From: Mariprofundaceae bacterium
GTDB taxonomy: Bacteria; Pseudomonadota; Zetaproteobacteria; Mariprofundales; Mariprofundaceae
Direction: 5' to 3'
Length of the DNA: 59,505 nt
Assembly: GCA_030950745.1 (NCBI GenBank)
Contig: JAUZQZ010000024.1
Coordinates: forward strand, 1-59,505
The position numbers were made by a program, and so were the translations under genes. Every line of letters begins with the position of its first letter. Positions within the stretch are counted from its first letter, which is position 1. Below, in pieces: positions 1 through 9,145 of this stretch. The notes below the pieces were generated by a model. That model ran no database searches, was not told the origin of the DNA, and saw nothing but the letters and a program-made list of their open reading frames with translations.

Positions 1-1012
1 GCAACTGCTGATTTTTGTCTTGCCTTATTTTTCACTACTGACCATACCTATTGCTTTCTTCCTCTCCATGCAGAACGTGATTGCAGGTCTTCAGCAGGGC
101 AGTGAGATGGATGCCATGCGTGCGGCGGGGCTTTCCTATTTGCGGATATTTCGAAGCCTGATCGGTGTGGCTGTGCTGCTATATCTCTCGTTGGCGCTGA
201 CATCCATGGTTTGGTTGCCGAAAGGACAATTATCCTTCAACAACGTGCTGAAGCAGATATACAGCCTCAAGGGATCGCCTGATTTTACACCCCGGCGCTT
301 TTCTCGTGATGTGGATAATATTATTTTTTATGTGGACGGAAAGGATAGTCAGGGCCGTTATCACGGTGTCATGGTTGAGGACGGTCGCCCCGGCGGGCCG
401 GTTTATTACCTGGCGGAAATGGCAGAAATTGTACCTGCTTCGGGCGGTGTGCGGTTACGTATGTGGAATGGAACCCGGCTGGAGGGAAAAGGGGAAAACC
501 AGCGTGTGCTTGCCTTCAAAAATTATGAAGTGGGCTTGCCTTTAAGTGGTTTGAGCGCGGTGAAGTTTACACGTTCCAGGGATCATGTGATTATGATGAC
601 GCCATCCGAACTTTGGCAGCGGCTTCAGTTTCATTCTACTCCCGATGCATTAGCTGAGTGGAATCGGCGTTTGATTCTTCCAACCACTGTGCTTGTTTTA
701 TGTCTGTTCGCCCTGCCTTTGTCACTGTCGCCCAAGCGTGCAGGACGTACAGGTTCATTTTTGCTGGGTATTGGGCTGTTGATTCTATTGTATAATGCGC
801 AACTGGTATTGCATCGGCAAGTGGGATTGGGAACACTTCCGCCATCGTCGATGTGGTTTGGACAAGGTGCATTTCTGGCGGCGGGAGTTCTGTTGTGGTG
901 CAGGGCTGAGCAGGGGAAATTGCCGATATGGCTGATTTCCGGCGGTGAAATTTTTTATCTCATGCATCAGAAGTTGGTGCATTGGGTTGCCCGCCGTATG
1001 GGGAAGACGTAG
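1..1012 (+). CDS. LPS export ABC permease, LptF/LptG (YjgP/YjgQ) family, 5'-partial
   Basis: The frame is open from nt 2 to the left edge (listed ORF starts at TTG 20). Multi-TM protein with a large periplasmic loop typical of YjgP/YjgQ permeases. N-terminus lies outside the window. Confidence 0.7.
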   Translation, partial: QLLIFVLPYFSLLTIPIAFFLSMQNVIAGLQQGSEMDAMRAAGLSYLRIFRSLIGVAVLLYLSLALTSMVWLPKGQLSFNNVLKQIYSLKGSPDFTPRRFSRDVDNIIFYVDGKDSQGRYHGVMVEDGRPGGPVYYLAEMAEIVPASGGVRLRMWNGTRLEGKGENQRVLAFKNYEVGLPLSGLSAVKFTRSRDHVIMMTPSELWQRLQFHSTPDALAEWNRRLILPTTVLVLCLFALPLSLSPKRAGRTGSFLLGIGLLILLYNAQLVLHRQVGLGTLPPSSMWFGQGAFLAAGVLLWCRAEQGKLPIWLISGGEIFYLMHQKLVHWVARRMGKT

Positions 1013-2237
1013 TCGGATTTTTCCGCATGGCGGCAAGGCCTGCGCCGAGTAGTAATGCGGCCAGAATACCGGAGAAATGCTCTTCCAGACTGGGTGCGGA
1101 CAGACCATGAACGGCTATGGCGACTCCCGGCAATGCAATCAGGCTGGCTGTATCGGTGCGTTGCCAATCCATGCGCCAGCCCATACGCATCCACAGGGCC
1201 AACAAGGTAATCAGGGCCAGCGGTCCAATCGGACCCCAGCGGCTCAGGGCCAGTAGATACATATTGTGCGGGTGAGCCGGTAACAATCCGCCATACCATA
1301 AATCGGGATGCAATTGTTTGATCTTTGCCGCGGCAATTCGGTAACCGCCCGTGCCGACGCCCGTGAACGGGTGGGTTTGCCATGCCTTAATGGCGGCATA
1401 CCATAGAGACCAGCGTGCTTCCGCATGTTTGAAATCACCTTGTTGCATGCTTTGAATGCTGTGCCACGTCCATGCCATCCGTTGTTTTCCCGGTCCCAGC
1501 GTCAACGCTGCGAGAACGGTTACGAACGCTAGTATTGTTACCGTCGTTTTTATCCATGGTTGAATGCACAACAGTTTCCATAGAACAAGAAGCAACAAGA
1601 CGGAGACAACGAGGTATCCGCTTCTGCCTGCCGCCAGAAAAACCATGGTGGCGGCCCATGTGGCTAGTGTCCACGCTCCCCAACGTTTCCAACCCTGCCA
1701 AAGCAACCCCCGGTGCAACAGCCAGCCGGCCCATACGCCATAGACGAAACCGAAGCCGATATGCCCGATATGTCCAGTGGGATCCATAGCTGTGGAACCG
1801 TCTTTGGTGAAATGAATGATCTCCAGCATTTGACCAACACAAAACATGAGATGTAGCGACAAGCTGACGCCGAGAATGAATAAGAAGGTGTTCCGATTTT
1901 TGGGGATGGTCAAAACCACGCAGGAAAGGGGAATGATGAACCAATACCACTGGCGGGCCACAATGTGCAGCCCCCAACTCCGGTCCGGACTCCAGATAAG
2001 ACCGATAGGAAGCAACGCGAGATAAACCAGCCAGGCGATACTGAGCGCGCGGTGATGTTTCCAGAGGCATCGGCATCCCTCGGCGAATTGCCCGTTGATC
2101 AGACCCATGCCCAGTGCGCTTCCCAGTGCGATATTCGTGGCAGCAACGGAAAACGGATAGGCGGCGGCAGCGACGCAATACAGCCAGAAGGTGGCTTGCT
2201 CAAGCTGTTTCAAAAGAGGGGTGGAGAGGAATGTCAC
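960..2237 (-). CDS. O-antigen ligase (Wzy_C) family membrane protein
   Basis: About 10-12 TM helices plus the loop motif AHPHNMYLLALSRWG typical of O-antigen ligase/polymerase domains. GTG at 2237 overlaps the upstream TGA (GTGA). The longest ORF would start at ATG 2282. Confidence 0.7.
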   Translation of the reverse strand: MTFLSTPLLKQLEQATFWLYCVAAAAYPFSVAATNIALGSALGMGLINGQFAEGCRCLWKHHRALSIAWLVYLALLPIGLIWSPDRSWGLHIVARQWYWFIIPLSCVVLTIPKNRNTFLFILGVSLSLHLMFCVGQMLEIIHFTKDGSTAMDPTGHIGHIGFGFVYGVWAGWLLHRGLLWQGWKRWGAWTLATWAATMVFLAAGRSGYLVVSVLLLLVLWKLLCIQPWIKTTVTILAFVTVLAALTLGPGKQRMAWTWHSIQSMQQGDFKHAEARWSLWYAAIKAWQTHPFTGVGTGGYRIAAAKIKQLHPDLWYGGLLPAHPHNMYLLALSRWGPIGPLALITLLALWMRMGWRMDWQRTDTASLIALPGVAIAVHGLSAPSLEEHFSGILAALLLGAGLAAMRKNPTTSSPYGGQPNAPTSDA

Positions 2238-3304
2238 GAAGCCGCTTTTGTTAACTGGTGTTGGGCTTCCTGCCACACCCATTCTGCCTGCATGTCTTGC
2301 AGGCAGGCGCTATCACTGTCCGGTCGGCGCTCGCATCCTTCGAGCTGGCAGGGGACGCAATCCTGTGTTCCCTGAAGCAATGAGATGCTGCCGTATCGTT
2401 GGATGCCGTTTTCCGAACGGGCCTGCCACGGCGTTTTTCCATCAAAATCATTGGGCCATGGTCCCCAGATGCGTGGGTCGGTGGGACCGAACAGGGCAAT
2501 GACCGGGGTGCCGGTGCTGGCCGCCAGATGGGTATTGGCGGTATCCAGACCTACATAGGCGGATGCACAATGGGAAAGGCAGGCCAGTTGCCGCCAGTTC
2601 AACTTGCCAGCAAGAACACATAGATTATCCGTAGCATACCCTTCCGCCAGTTTGCGTGCCTCCTCGTTTTCTCGCGGTGAACCGGTAATGGCCACTCGCA
2701 GCCCTTCATCCAGCATGTACTCAATCAAATCACGCCAGCCCTTCTGATTCCACCACTTATAGGGCCAGCGGGCAAAGGGGTGCAGATGCACATAGGGCAT
2801 GTCAAAACCCCATGGCAAGTGTTGCCGGAGCAATTGCGTATCGTCGCTTGTCCATTCAAGGCCAATTTCGTTGCATGTTGGAAGGCCGGCGAGTTGCCCT
2901 AGATGCATGGCGCGCCAGACCATGTGTTGCTTGTCCTCATAGGGGATCCACTGGCTGGAAAGATAGCGTTTCCACACATATTGATTCCCCTTTGCCGGAA
3001 TAAGCGCATAGACCTCGCGTGATGCGGCAAGCGCCAGAGCCATGGGGCGATCAGAGGCGGTCAGTACGAATGCGGCGTCGTACTTGCGCCACAGCCGCTT
3101 TCCCAGCGCCAGCTGTGATTTCCAAGGCGTGGCCGCGCTTATTGTGTACACAGCATGTGCAAAAGGTTGGGCTTCCAGCATGGCTTGCGTACCGGATGCC
3201 ACGAGCCAGTCCACGGTGTACCCGGCCGTAGCCAGTGAACGGGCCAACGGCGTGGCCAGCAGTACATCGCCCATATACCGGCAAACGACAACGAGTGCGC
3301 GGAT
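2234..3304 (-). CDS. Glycosyltransferase family 9 (heptosyltransferase-like), probable non-canonical ATC start
   Basis: GT9 signature N-terminus ...RALVVVCRYMGDVLLATPLARSL and the C-terminal GPTDPRIWGP / DTANTHLAA motifs. First ATG is 3274, but the conserved beta1 strand continues upstream in frame with no ATG/GTG/TTG. ATC at 3304 lies 8 nt after GGAG. Confidence 0.75.
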   Translation of the reverse strand: MRALVVVCRYMGDVLLATPLARSLATAGYTVDWLVASGTQAMLEAQPFAHAVYTISAATPWKSQLALGKRLWRKYDAAFVLTASDRPMALALAASREVYALIPAKGNQYVWKRYLSSQWIPYEDKQHMVWRAMHLGQLAGLPTCNEIGLEWTSDDTQLLRQHLPWGFDMPYVHLHPFARWPYKWWNQKGWRDLIEYMLDEGLRVAITGSPRENEEARKLAEGYATDNLCVLAGKLNWRQLACLSHCASAYVGLDTANTHLAASTGTPVIALFGPTDPRIWGPWPNDFDGKTPWQARSENGIQRYGSISLLQGTQDCVPCQLEGCERRPDSDSACLQDMQAEWVWQEAQHQLTKAAS

Positions 3305-3305
3305 G

Positions 3306-3866
3306 TCAGTGTCTCCAGTAATAAATGGCGTAGAAAATTACAATGCCCAACACAAAGGCCGCAGCATTTTTGTGCTCGCGGTGTTTGATGACCAGTGCCC
3401 ATGAGAACGAGCCGACCGCATGGGTACACGGAGCCAGGCGTGGGAAGAATAGAGGTACTTCGACGGACCATTGCCGGTAGGACTCACCAAACAATTTGTC
3501 CATGTGCTGTGCTTCTTCACGGATGACCGGACGGTATATCATGGTGAAGGAAAGCAGTGCCAGCAGGCTGATCCATAGATTGCCAGCCATGACGCAAAAG
3601 CCGATGAGCAGCAGCAAGTTGGCGAGATACAATGGATTGCGTGTATGTGCATAGGGTCCGGCCGTGGCCAGTTCACGATTTTTGTCGATATAACCGCTGG
3701 CCCACATGCGGGCCATCTCGCCAAGCACAACAAGTGTACCGCCAATCCAGAGAAGAATCGGAGCAGGGTCGGCCATCACCAGCAATAAAACTGCGATAGG
3801 AGCAGTAGCGACAATACGGTGGCTGGCGAACCACGTTTCAAGCCTGTTATACCAGTCAGAAATCAC
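3306..3866 (-). CDS. Membrane methyltransferase, isoprenylcysteine carboxyl / phospholipid methyltransferase family
   Basis: About 5 TM helices and the family motif HTRNPLYLANLLLLIGF. Located inside the LPS cluster. Confidence 0.65.
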   Translation of the reverse strand: MISDWYNRLETWFASHRIVATAPIAVLLLVMADPAPILLWIGGTLVVLGEMARMWASGYIDKNRELATAGPYAHTRNPLYLANLLLLIGFCVMAGNLWISLLALLSFTMIYRPVIREEAQHMDKLFGESYRQWSVEVPLFFPRLAPCTHAVGSFSWALVIKHREHKNAAAFVLGIVIFYAIYYWRH

Positions 3867-3932
3867 AAAACCTCCGTTGACGACGACCGTATCCTACACA
3901 GAGGGCATTGCTTGTCTCTGCTGAGGCAAGTG

Positions 3933-4748
3933 TCAGTCAATGGCATCCTCTTTTTGTTCTCGCTGGTGCAGGGTACGCTTGGCATAGCGATAGAACGTGC
4001 CTTCAAAATTACCCAACGCAATCACAAATCCCGGCCAGCCATCGAGGAAGCCCCGTTTGAGTACATAGATACGCAGGAATGCACCGACGCCGTGCAGCAG
4101 GGCCGATGCCATGGATGCCTGCTTTTCCTGTTGCGCCATTTTCTGCATGCCCAGCGTGGAATAGCGATCCATCTTGGCGATTACCTGTGACAGATCGCGG
4201 AAGGAATAATGCAGCACGTCGTTTTTCAGGTGGCCGACCTTGCCGTGGATATCAAAGCCTTCATGCACCATATCTTCGTGGTAAGTGAGTGCGCCCTTTC
4301 TGAATAGTTTCGGCTGGCAGTAATCCGGATACCAGCCGCAATATTTGATCCAGCGGTCCATGAAGAAATTACGGCGCGGGATAAAATAGGCATCCAATGC
4401 GTCGTTATCCCGGAGCCTATTGAGAATCTCCCGTTGCAGTTCAGGCGTAACCCGTTCATCCGCATCAATGCTGAGAATCCAGTCATATTTACAGAGTGAA
4501 ACCGATGCATTGCGCAGGTGGCCGAAACCCTTGAAGTTCAAACGCTCAATGCGGCAGTCATACTGACGTGCAATATCAATGGTGCGGTCGGTGCATCCGG
4601 TGTCGATTACGACAATCTCATCCGCCCATTGTACGCTTTGCAAGGCATCCCGGATTTTATCCTCTTCATTGAGAACAGGGACATAGACTGAAATCTTGCC
4701 TGCATTATCCACAAAGTCTGCCGCGTCCTTGTTTGTTCCTTTGATCAC
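3933..4748 (-). CDS. Glycosyltransferase family 2 (WaaE/KdtX-like LPS core glycosyltransferase)
   Basis: ISVYVPVLNEEDKIRDALQSVQWADEIVVIDTGCTDRT and SIDADE (DxD) motifs. GTG start at 4748 preceded by AAGGA. Confidence 0.75.
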   Translation of the reverse strand: MIKGTNKDAADFVDNAGKISVYVPVLNEEDKIRDALQSVQWADEIVVIDTGCTDRTIDIARQYDCRIERLNFKGFGHLRNASVSLCKYDWILSIDADERVTPELQREILNRLRDNDALDAYFIPRRNFFMDRWIKYCGWYPDYCQPKLFRKGALTYHEDMVHEGFDIHGKVGHLKNDVLHYSFRDLSQVIAKMDRYSTLGMQKMAQQEKQASMASALLHGVGAFLRIYVLKRGFLDGWPGFVIALGNFEGTFYRYAKRTLHQREQKEDAID

Positions 4749-4764
4749 AACGAATCCTTGTTCA
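4718..4764. repeat. Internal fragment F of the same repeat, spanning a gene junction
   Basis: 47 nt are 42/47 identical (hand alignment) to copy B nt 27082-27128 (CTGCCG.G.CCTTGTTTGTTCCTT...TCACAACGAATCCTTG.TCA). Contains the upstream GT2 stop, AAGGA and the GTG start of the next GT2. Confidence 0.7.
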
Positions 4765-5580
4765 TGTGGATGTTAACTCCGCAATACCAATGCGTGCCCG
4801 GATCCTTTTGCTGGCTAGGCATTCATGCAGCATATCATCATTTTTCCGTAGGTGATGGCGAGATTCTTCCTTGTGCCACAAGTGCAGCACCGGGACGCCG
4901 CGCAAATCGACGCGCCGGACGCCTGCATGCAACAGTCTGGCGGCGAAGTCGGAATCCTCGCGGCCCCATCCTTCAAAACTTTCGTCAAATCCGTTGATTT
5001 TCAGTAAATCCCTGCGCCAACAAGCCAGATGACAACCGCGGATGCCACCAAGCCGCTGATGGGGCGCGGAAGTATGAGGCGGCAACAATAGCGGCAACAC
5101 ACGATTGACATGGCCGCGGACTCTCCACGTCAAATACTGGAACAGGTCGATATGCGTATCGATAGCATCCCGTGTTTTCAGCAGCTTGCTCCATTCTCGT
5201 GACAGGAGAATACGGCTGCCGCTGACAAAACAATTTTGCTTGGCGACTCGCCGGTGAACCGCGACAAGGCCGGGCAAGGGAATGCAGTCGCCATCCGTAA
5301 AGAGAACATAATCGTCTTGTAATCGGGCGATGACCTTGTTGTGGATGTGAGATTTACGGAAGCCTTTATCTGCATGCCAGACATGCTTAACCGGTATCGG
5401 CGACGCGGTCCTGAACGCATCAATCACATCTTTTGTCTCGGATACCGAGCCATCATCCGCAATATATAGCCTGAAACGCTGGTCTGTCTGCTGATTGTAG
5501 CCATTCAGGGCGAGCCGCAGCATTTCCGGAGCATTATAGGTCGAAATGACGACGGCGAGACTGTCAGGGTTATGATTCAT
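4762..5580 (-). CDS. Glycosyltransferase family 2
   Basis: LAVVISTYNAPEMLRLALNGYNQQTDQRFRLYIADDGS and FTDGD motifs of GT-A fold GT2 enzymes. Confidence 0.75.
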   Translation of the reverse strand: MNHNPDSLAVVISTYNAPEMLRLALNGYNQQTDQRFRLYIADDGSVSETKDVIDAFRTASPIPVKHVWHADKGFRKSHIHNKVIARLQDDYVLFTDGDCIPLPGLVAVHRRVAKQNCFVSGSRILLSREWSKLLKTRDAIDTHIDLFQYLTWRVRGHVNRVLPLLLPPHTSAPHQRLGGIRGCHLACWRRDLLKINGFDESFEGWGREDSDFAARLLHAGVRRVDLRGVPVLHLWHKEESRHHLRKNDDMLHECLASKRIRARIGIAELTST

Positions 5581-6301
5581 CTACCCGTTCAATCACCATG
5601 ATAAGAATGTTTCCGAACAACATCTTCCACGATAGCACATCACGCAACACATTGCGATTGCGCCGTAGCTGATCCGGTTTTTGTTCGCGCCTGAGCCGAC
5701 GCCAGGTGAAGAATGCAGCGACAGGCCACAAAGGCAACATCAATACATCATTGAAGCGCAGACGATTGGTGGCGATAGCGCGGATGCGCATACCCTGCGT
5801 ATGCAGGGCGTAACGCAATTCATGGTAGGGTAGCATATGAATATGTGGAAAGGGATCACGCTCACCTTGCGCCTCCCTGTTGGGACGAATGAGATAATGC
5901 GGAAAACCGGTCAACAGGAAATGCATGCGGGATCCGAGTTTGAGCACGTTCGGCGTAGAAAGAATCAGGGTTCCACCCGGTTTCAGGATGCGTCGAATTT
6001 CGCGTAACAACAAAAACGAATTTTCGATGTGCTCAATGCCCTCAATACAGGCAACGCCATCGAAAGAATGGTTTGCGAACGGCAGGTTTTTATTCATATC
6101 AAGACGCAATATTTTTCGGTCAGCGAGATCACCGGCCGGATCCCGGTCCGCCTCAATCACCTCACGGCCCGATGTAGTCAAACGCCTGGCCAATACGCCG
6201 CCGCCAGACGGCATGTCCAGCCATCGTCCATGGGCGTCCATTGAATTGGCGAGCGCAACAATTTTGTCGATCAGGCCTTTATCGGAATAAATAACGTCCA
6301 C
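5570..6301 (-). CDS. Class I SAM-dependent methyltransferase
   Basis: Motif I-like LDMPSGGGVLA and post-I/II motifs FDGVACIEGIEHI and LKPGGTLILSTPN. Confidence 0.7.
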   Translation of the reverse strand: MDVIYSDKGLIDKIVALANSMDAHGRWLDMPSGGGVLARRLTTSGREVIEADRDPAGDLADRKILRLDMNKNLPFANHSFDGVACIEGIEHIENSFLLLREIRRILKPGGTLILSTPNVLKLGSRMHFLLTGFPHYLIRPNREAQGERDPFPHIHMLPYHELRYALHTQGMRIRAIATNRLRFNDVLMLPLWPVAAFFTWRRLRREQKPDQLRRNRNVLRDVLSWKMLFGNILIMVIERVDES

Positions 6302-6304
6302 AGT

Positions 6305-7096
6305 TCACAACCCTGACGGCGAAGCGTATTTCCGCAAGCGCGCCACAATATGGCCAAACTTGATTTTTGCGACCATTTTTAGAGGGATATGCCGTGCATC
6401 ATTGGTCAGCCATACTTTAACCTTACCCTTGCTGGAGAAGATGCCCTTGGTTTTCAGCTTGGGTTCAATAACCAGGCACTCAACTGATTTTCCCCATGGC
6501 GCCATCAGACGCTGTGTCTTTAATACAGAGACTTCCAGCATATACTGCTTGCGTGAATCAAAGAGTGGAACGCGAACCATTGTACCGGGTGACAGATTCA
6601 TTTTCCGTACGGCAAAAAAAACGTCAATGGCATTTAAATGACCTGCGGGAACGTTATAGGAATCCGTCTTGCCATTTTGCGTGTGCGTGACGATATCCTT
6701 TTCCCACAGAAAATGGATTTGTTTCTTTGAGTGATAACGGCCCTCATTCTGAACAACATCAAACAATGTACTTTGCATATTTCCATTTCGGCATACCCCT
6801 TTGGAGGTGATGGTATCCCGCACTTTGTGAAACAGGTCAAAAACACGGTAGCTCTTTGAACTGATGATGATGCGGTAGCCGCCGGCATCCATTTCGACCC
6901 GCATATCAGCGATGCCAGCGTCGATAAATTCCCAGCCGACGGAAAATAGCATTTGTTCACCTGCAAACGGCATGCAGTGCCCGGTCGCGTCCTGTGCCCA
7001 GCCGGGAACAGGCGATAACCAGAGCAGGGCCAGCAGAACAAAGCGGCTGGTATTAGCGCGAGGAAGACACATCATCGATGGCTGCCAGTATATCAT
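6305..7096 (-). CDS. Exported DUF3108-like protein
   Basis: Signal peptide (FVLLALLWLSPVPGWAQD) followed by a beta-rich body resembling DUF3108 proteins that accompany LPS genes. The start may be the internal Met at 7075/7072. Confidence 0.5.
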   Translation of the reverse strand: MIYWQPSMMCLPRANTSRFVLLALLWLSPVPGWAQDATGHCMPFAGEQMLFSVGWEFIDAGIADMRVEMDAGGYRIIISSKSYRVFDLFHKVRDTITSKGVCRNGNMQSTLFDVVQNEGRYHSKKQIHFLWEKDIVTHTQNGKTDSYNVPAGHLNAIDVFFAVRKMNLSPGTMVRVPLFDSRKQYMLEVSVLKTQRLMAPWGKSVECLVIEPKLKTKGIFSSKGKVKVWLTNDARHIPLKMVAKIKFGHIVARLRKYASPSGL

Positions 7097-8102
7097 CCGC
7101 GTTTATCATATCCATGCAGATGAACTGATTGCAGTTGCGTTTGAAGCAGGGACTACAGGTGGGATTGGACTCTATATGCTGATCTGTATTACCCAATGGT
7201 CCAGAACGCCATGAGGCGGAAGGCCCCCAAAAGCTCACCGTTGGCACGCCCAATGCCGCAGCCAGATGGATCACTCCTGTATCGGCGCCAACCACCGCCT
7301 TTGCTTTGGATAAAATACCACAAAGTTGATAAATATTTAGCTTTTCCGTAGGAAAAAATGACAATTCCGCCCTTTTTTTAATATTTTCCGCTCTTTTTTT
7401 CTCATTATCGTTTCCCCAGCCAAGGATGGGGTTTAATCCCGCTTCAGCCAAACCGTTCGTTACATTTTCCCATGTTCTCTGCGGCAACTGCTTGGTTTCC
7501 CAACCACCACCCAGATGCAGCCAGACATATGAACCTGATTCAAGGCCCCATTGGCTCAATGTTTGTTCAGCAGCTTGTTCCATTTTCAGTGTTAGCGGGA
7601 CATGTGGTTCTCGATAGGAAATGGGATGCTCTGGAATTTGCTCCAAATTCCGGGGAAATAGTTTGGAAAAAGGTGCAGCGGCAATACGGCGGGATTGCTG
7701 CACGACATGTTTTTCATCCGGGTGAAAGTGAACCGGATGCGTAAAATACCGGTTTGGTTTCTCGCGTACATAGTGCGGATCAATGCCAAACACATGGTCA
7801 CTGATGAACCGTGCAAGCACACCCGATTTGATCAGGCCCTGAAGATCAAGTACGGCATCAAAGCGTTTTTTTTTAAGTGATTGAATAGTTTTCCAGGTTT
7901 GCCACCACCGGCATGAATCCTTTAAATCAATCTGGTGAACATTCACTTGTGGTGGGAAGATTCCGGTTACAAAAGCGTAACGTGAATCAACCAGCCAGTG
8001 TACTTCGCCGACTTCGGGGTGTTCCAGCAAATCATTCAGTGCGGGGAGCGTGTGAATAATGTCGCCAAAGGCAGACAGTTTGACGATAAGTATCTTCATC
8101 AT
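7053..8102 (-). CDS. waaC: ADP-heptose:LPS heptosyltransferase I
   Basis: N-terminus MKILIVKLSAFGDIIHTLPALNDL closely parallels WaaC/RfaC. C-terminal GADTGVIHLAAALGVPTVSFWGPS. Adjacent to waaF. Confidence 0.85.
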   Translation of the reverse strand: MMKILIVKLSAFGDIIHTLPALNDLLEHPEVGEVHWLVDSRYAFVTGIFPPQVNVHQIDLKDSCRWWQTWKTIQSLKKKRFDAVLDLQGLIKSGVLARFISDHVFGIDPHYVREKPNRYFTHPVHFHPDEKHVVQQSRRIAAAPFSKLFPRNLEQIPEHPISYREPHVPLTLKMEQAAEQTLSQWGLESGSYVWLHLGGGWETKQLPQRTWENVTNGLAEAGLNPILGWGNDNEKKRAENIKKRAELSFFPTEKLNIYQLCGILSKAKAVVGADTGVIHLAAALGVPTVSFWGPSASWRSGPLGNTDQHIESNPTCSPCFKRNCNQFICMDMINADDILAAIDDVSSSR

Positions 8103-9091
8103 GCCTTCAGCAGGCTCATGCAGGCGTCCCGGACATCTTCCGGTAATATATTACCCATACATGGCTGTCCCGGAACTGGACATTCACGCTTTAAACAGGG
8201 GCTGCAATCTGCCGGGTGGTATAACAGGCGAACGTGGGAACCGGAGGGTGCGGTGCGGTCCGGATCGGTTGCGCCGAAGATGGCCACGACGGGTTTTCCC
8301 ATGCCTGCCGCTACGTGCATTAGTCCCGAATCATTACTGAGGAGGATACGGCTAGCCGCCAGCAGTTGCAGAGCCTGCCGGAGCGTTGTTTCACCGGCAG
8401 CATTCCATGCCGGACCCGTGCAACGACTTATTATTTGTACTCCGATGCTGCGTTCTGCGGGCGTGCCGATCAGCAAAACATGGTACCCCTGTTCCGATAG
8501 CCATTGTGCTACATAAGTCCATGATTCAGCCGGGTAGCGTTTGGCGCCTCCAAATTGGGCTCCAGGCGCGATGGCAACAAGCGATTCCGGCTCCAGTCCT
8601 TCCCGGATGAGTATTTTTTCTCCCGCACGAATTTCATCTTCAGGACAGGAAAGTCTTACTTCCCGTTCCCTGATGGTCATCTTCATCTGTTCTGCGAGAT
8701 CAAGGTAGTAATCACGATGATGTTGTGTCTGAAGACTGATTCGCGGCGCAGGCGCGTCCGTGAGCAGCAACCGGCGCCACTGGCCACGAAAGCCGATGCG
8801 GCGCTTGCTGCCTGCGCCCCATGCCATCCATGCGGCACGGAAGCTGTTGGGGAACATCACCGCCATATCCACACCTTTTGGCATGGGGGATTCATATTGT
8901 GCATCAGGTAAATTAAGAAACGGGAGTATATCAGCCAGCCATGGGCGTCCCCACACAGAGACGCACGCGGACTCACTTGCAGCAATAAAGGCACGCATCG
9001 CCGGCTGAGCCATGATGACATCGCCCAGCCAGTTGGGGGGGTGGATGAGAAGGTGTTGGCAAAGAATGGGGTCAGGTCTTGAATGGCGCAC
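8099..9091 (-). CDS. waaF: ADP-heptose:LPS heptosyltransferase II
   Basis: PPNWLGDVIMAQPAMRAF and SNDSGLMHVAAGMGKPVVAIFGATDP motifs of GT9 WaaF. GTG start 9091 lies inside a 32-bp inverted-repeat arm, so the exact start is uncertain. Confidence 0.8.
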   Translation of the reverse strand: MRHSRPDPILCQHLLIHPPNWLGDVIMAQPAMRAFIAASESACVSVWGRPWLADILPFLNLPDAQYESPMPKGVDMAVMFPNSFRAAWMAWGAGSKRRIGFRGQWRRLLLTDAPAPRISLQTQHHRDYYLDLAEQMKMTIREREVRLSCPEDEIRAGEKILIREGLEPESLVAIAPGAQFGGAKRYPAESWTYVAQWLSEQGYHVLLIGTPAERSIGVQIISRCTGPAWNAAGETTLRQALQLLAASRILLSNDSGLMHVAAGMGKPVVAIFGATDPDRTAPSGSHVRLLYHPADCSPCLKRECPVPGQPCMGNILPEDVRDACMSLLKA

Positions 9092-9145
9092 CGCTTATTT
9101 CATCCTCTGATCCGTGCGCCATTCAAGACCTGACCCCATTCTTTG
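9060..9145. repeat. Perfect 32-bp inverted repeat with a 22-nt spacer
   Basis: CAAAGAATGGGGTCAGGTCTTGAATGGCGCAC (9060-9091) and its exact reverse complement (9114-9145). The arms overlap the waaF 5' end and the methyltransferase 3' end. Confidence 0.95.

Noticed and set aside
960-1012. 53-nt convergent overlap of the lptF/G-type gene and the O-antigen ligase gene
   Set aside because: Both stops are fixed by sequence. Convergent 3' overlaps of this size occur commonly, and there is no extra structure or motif to suggest function.
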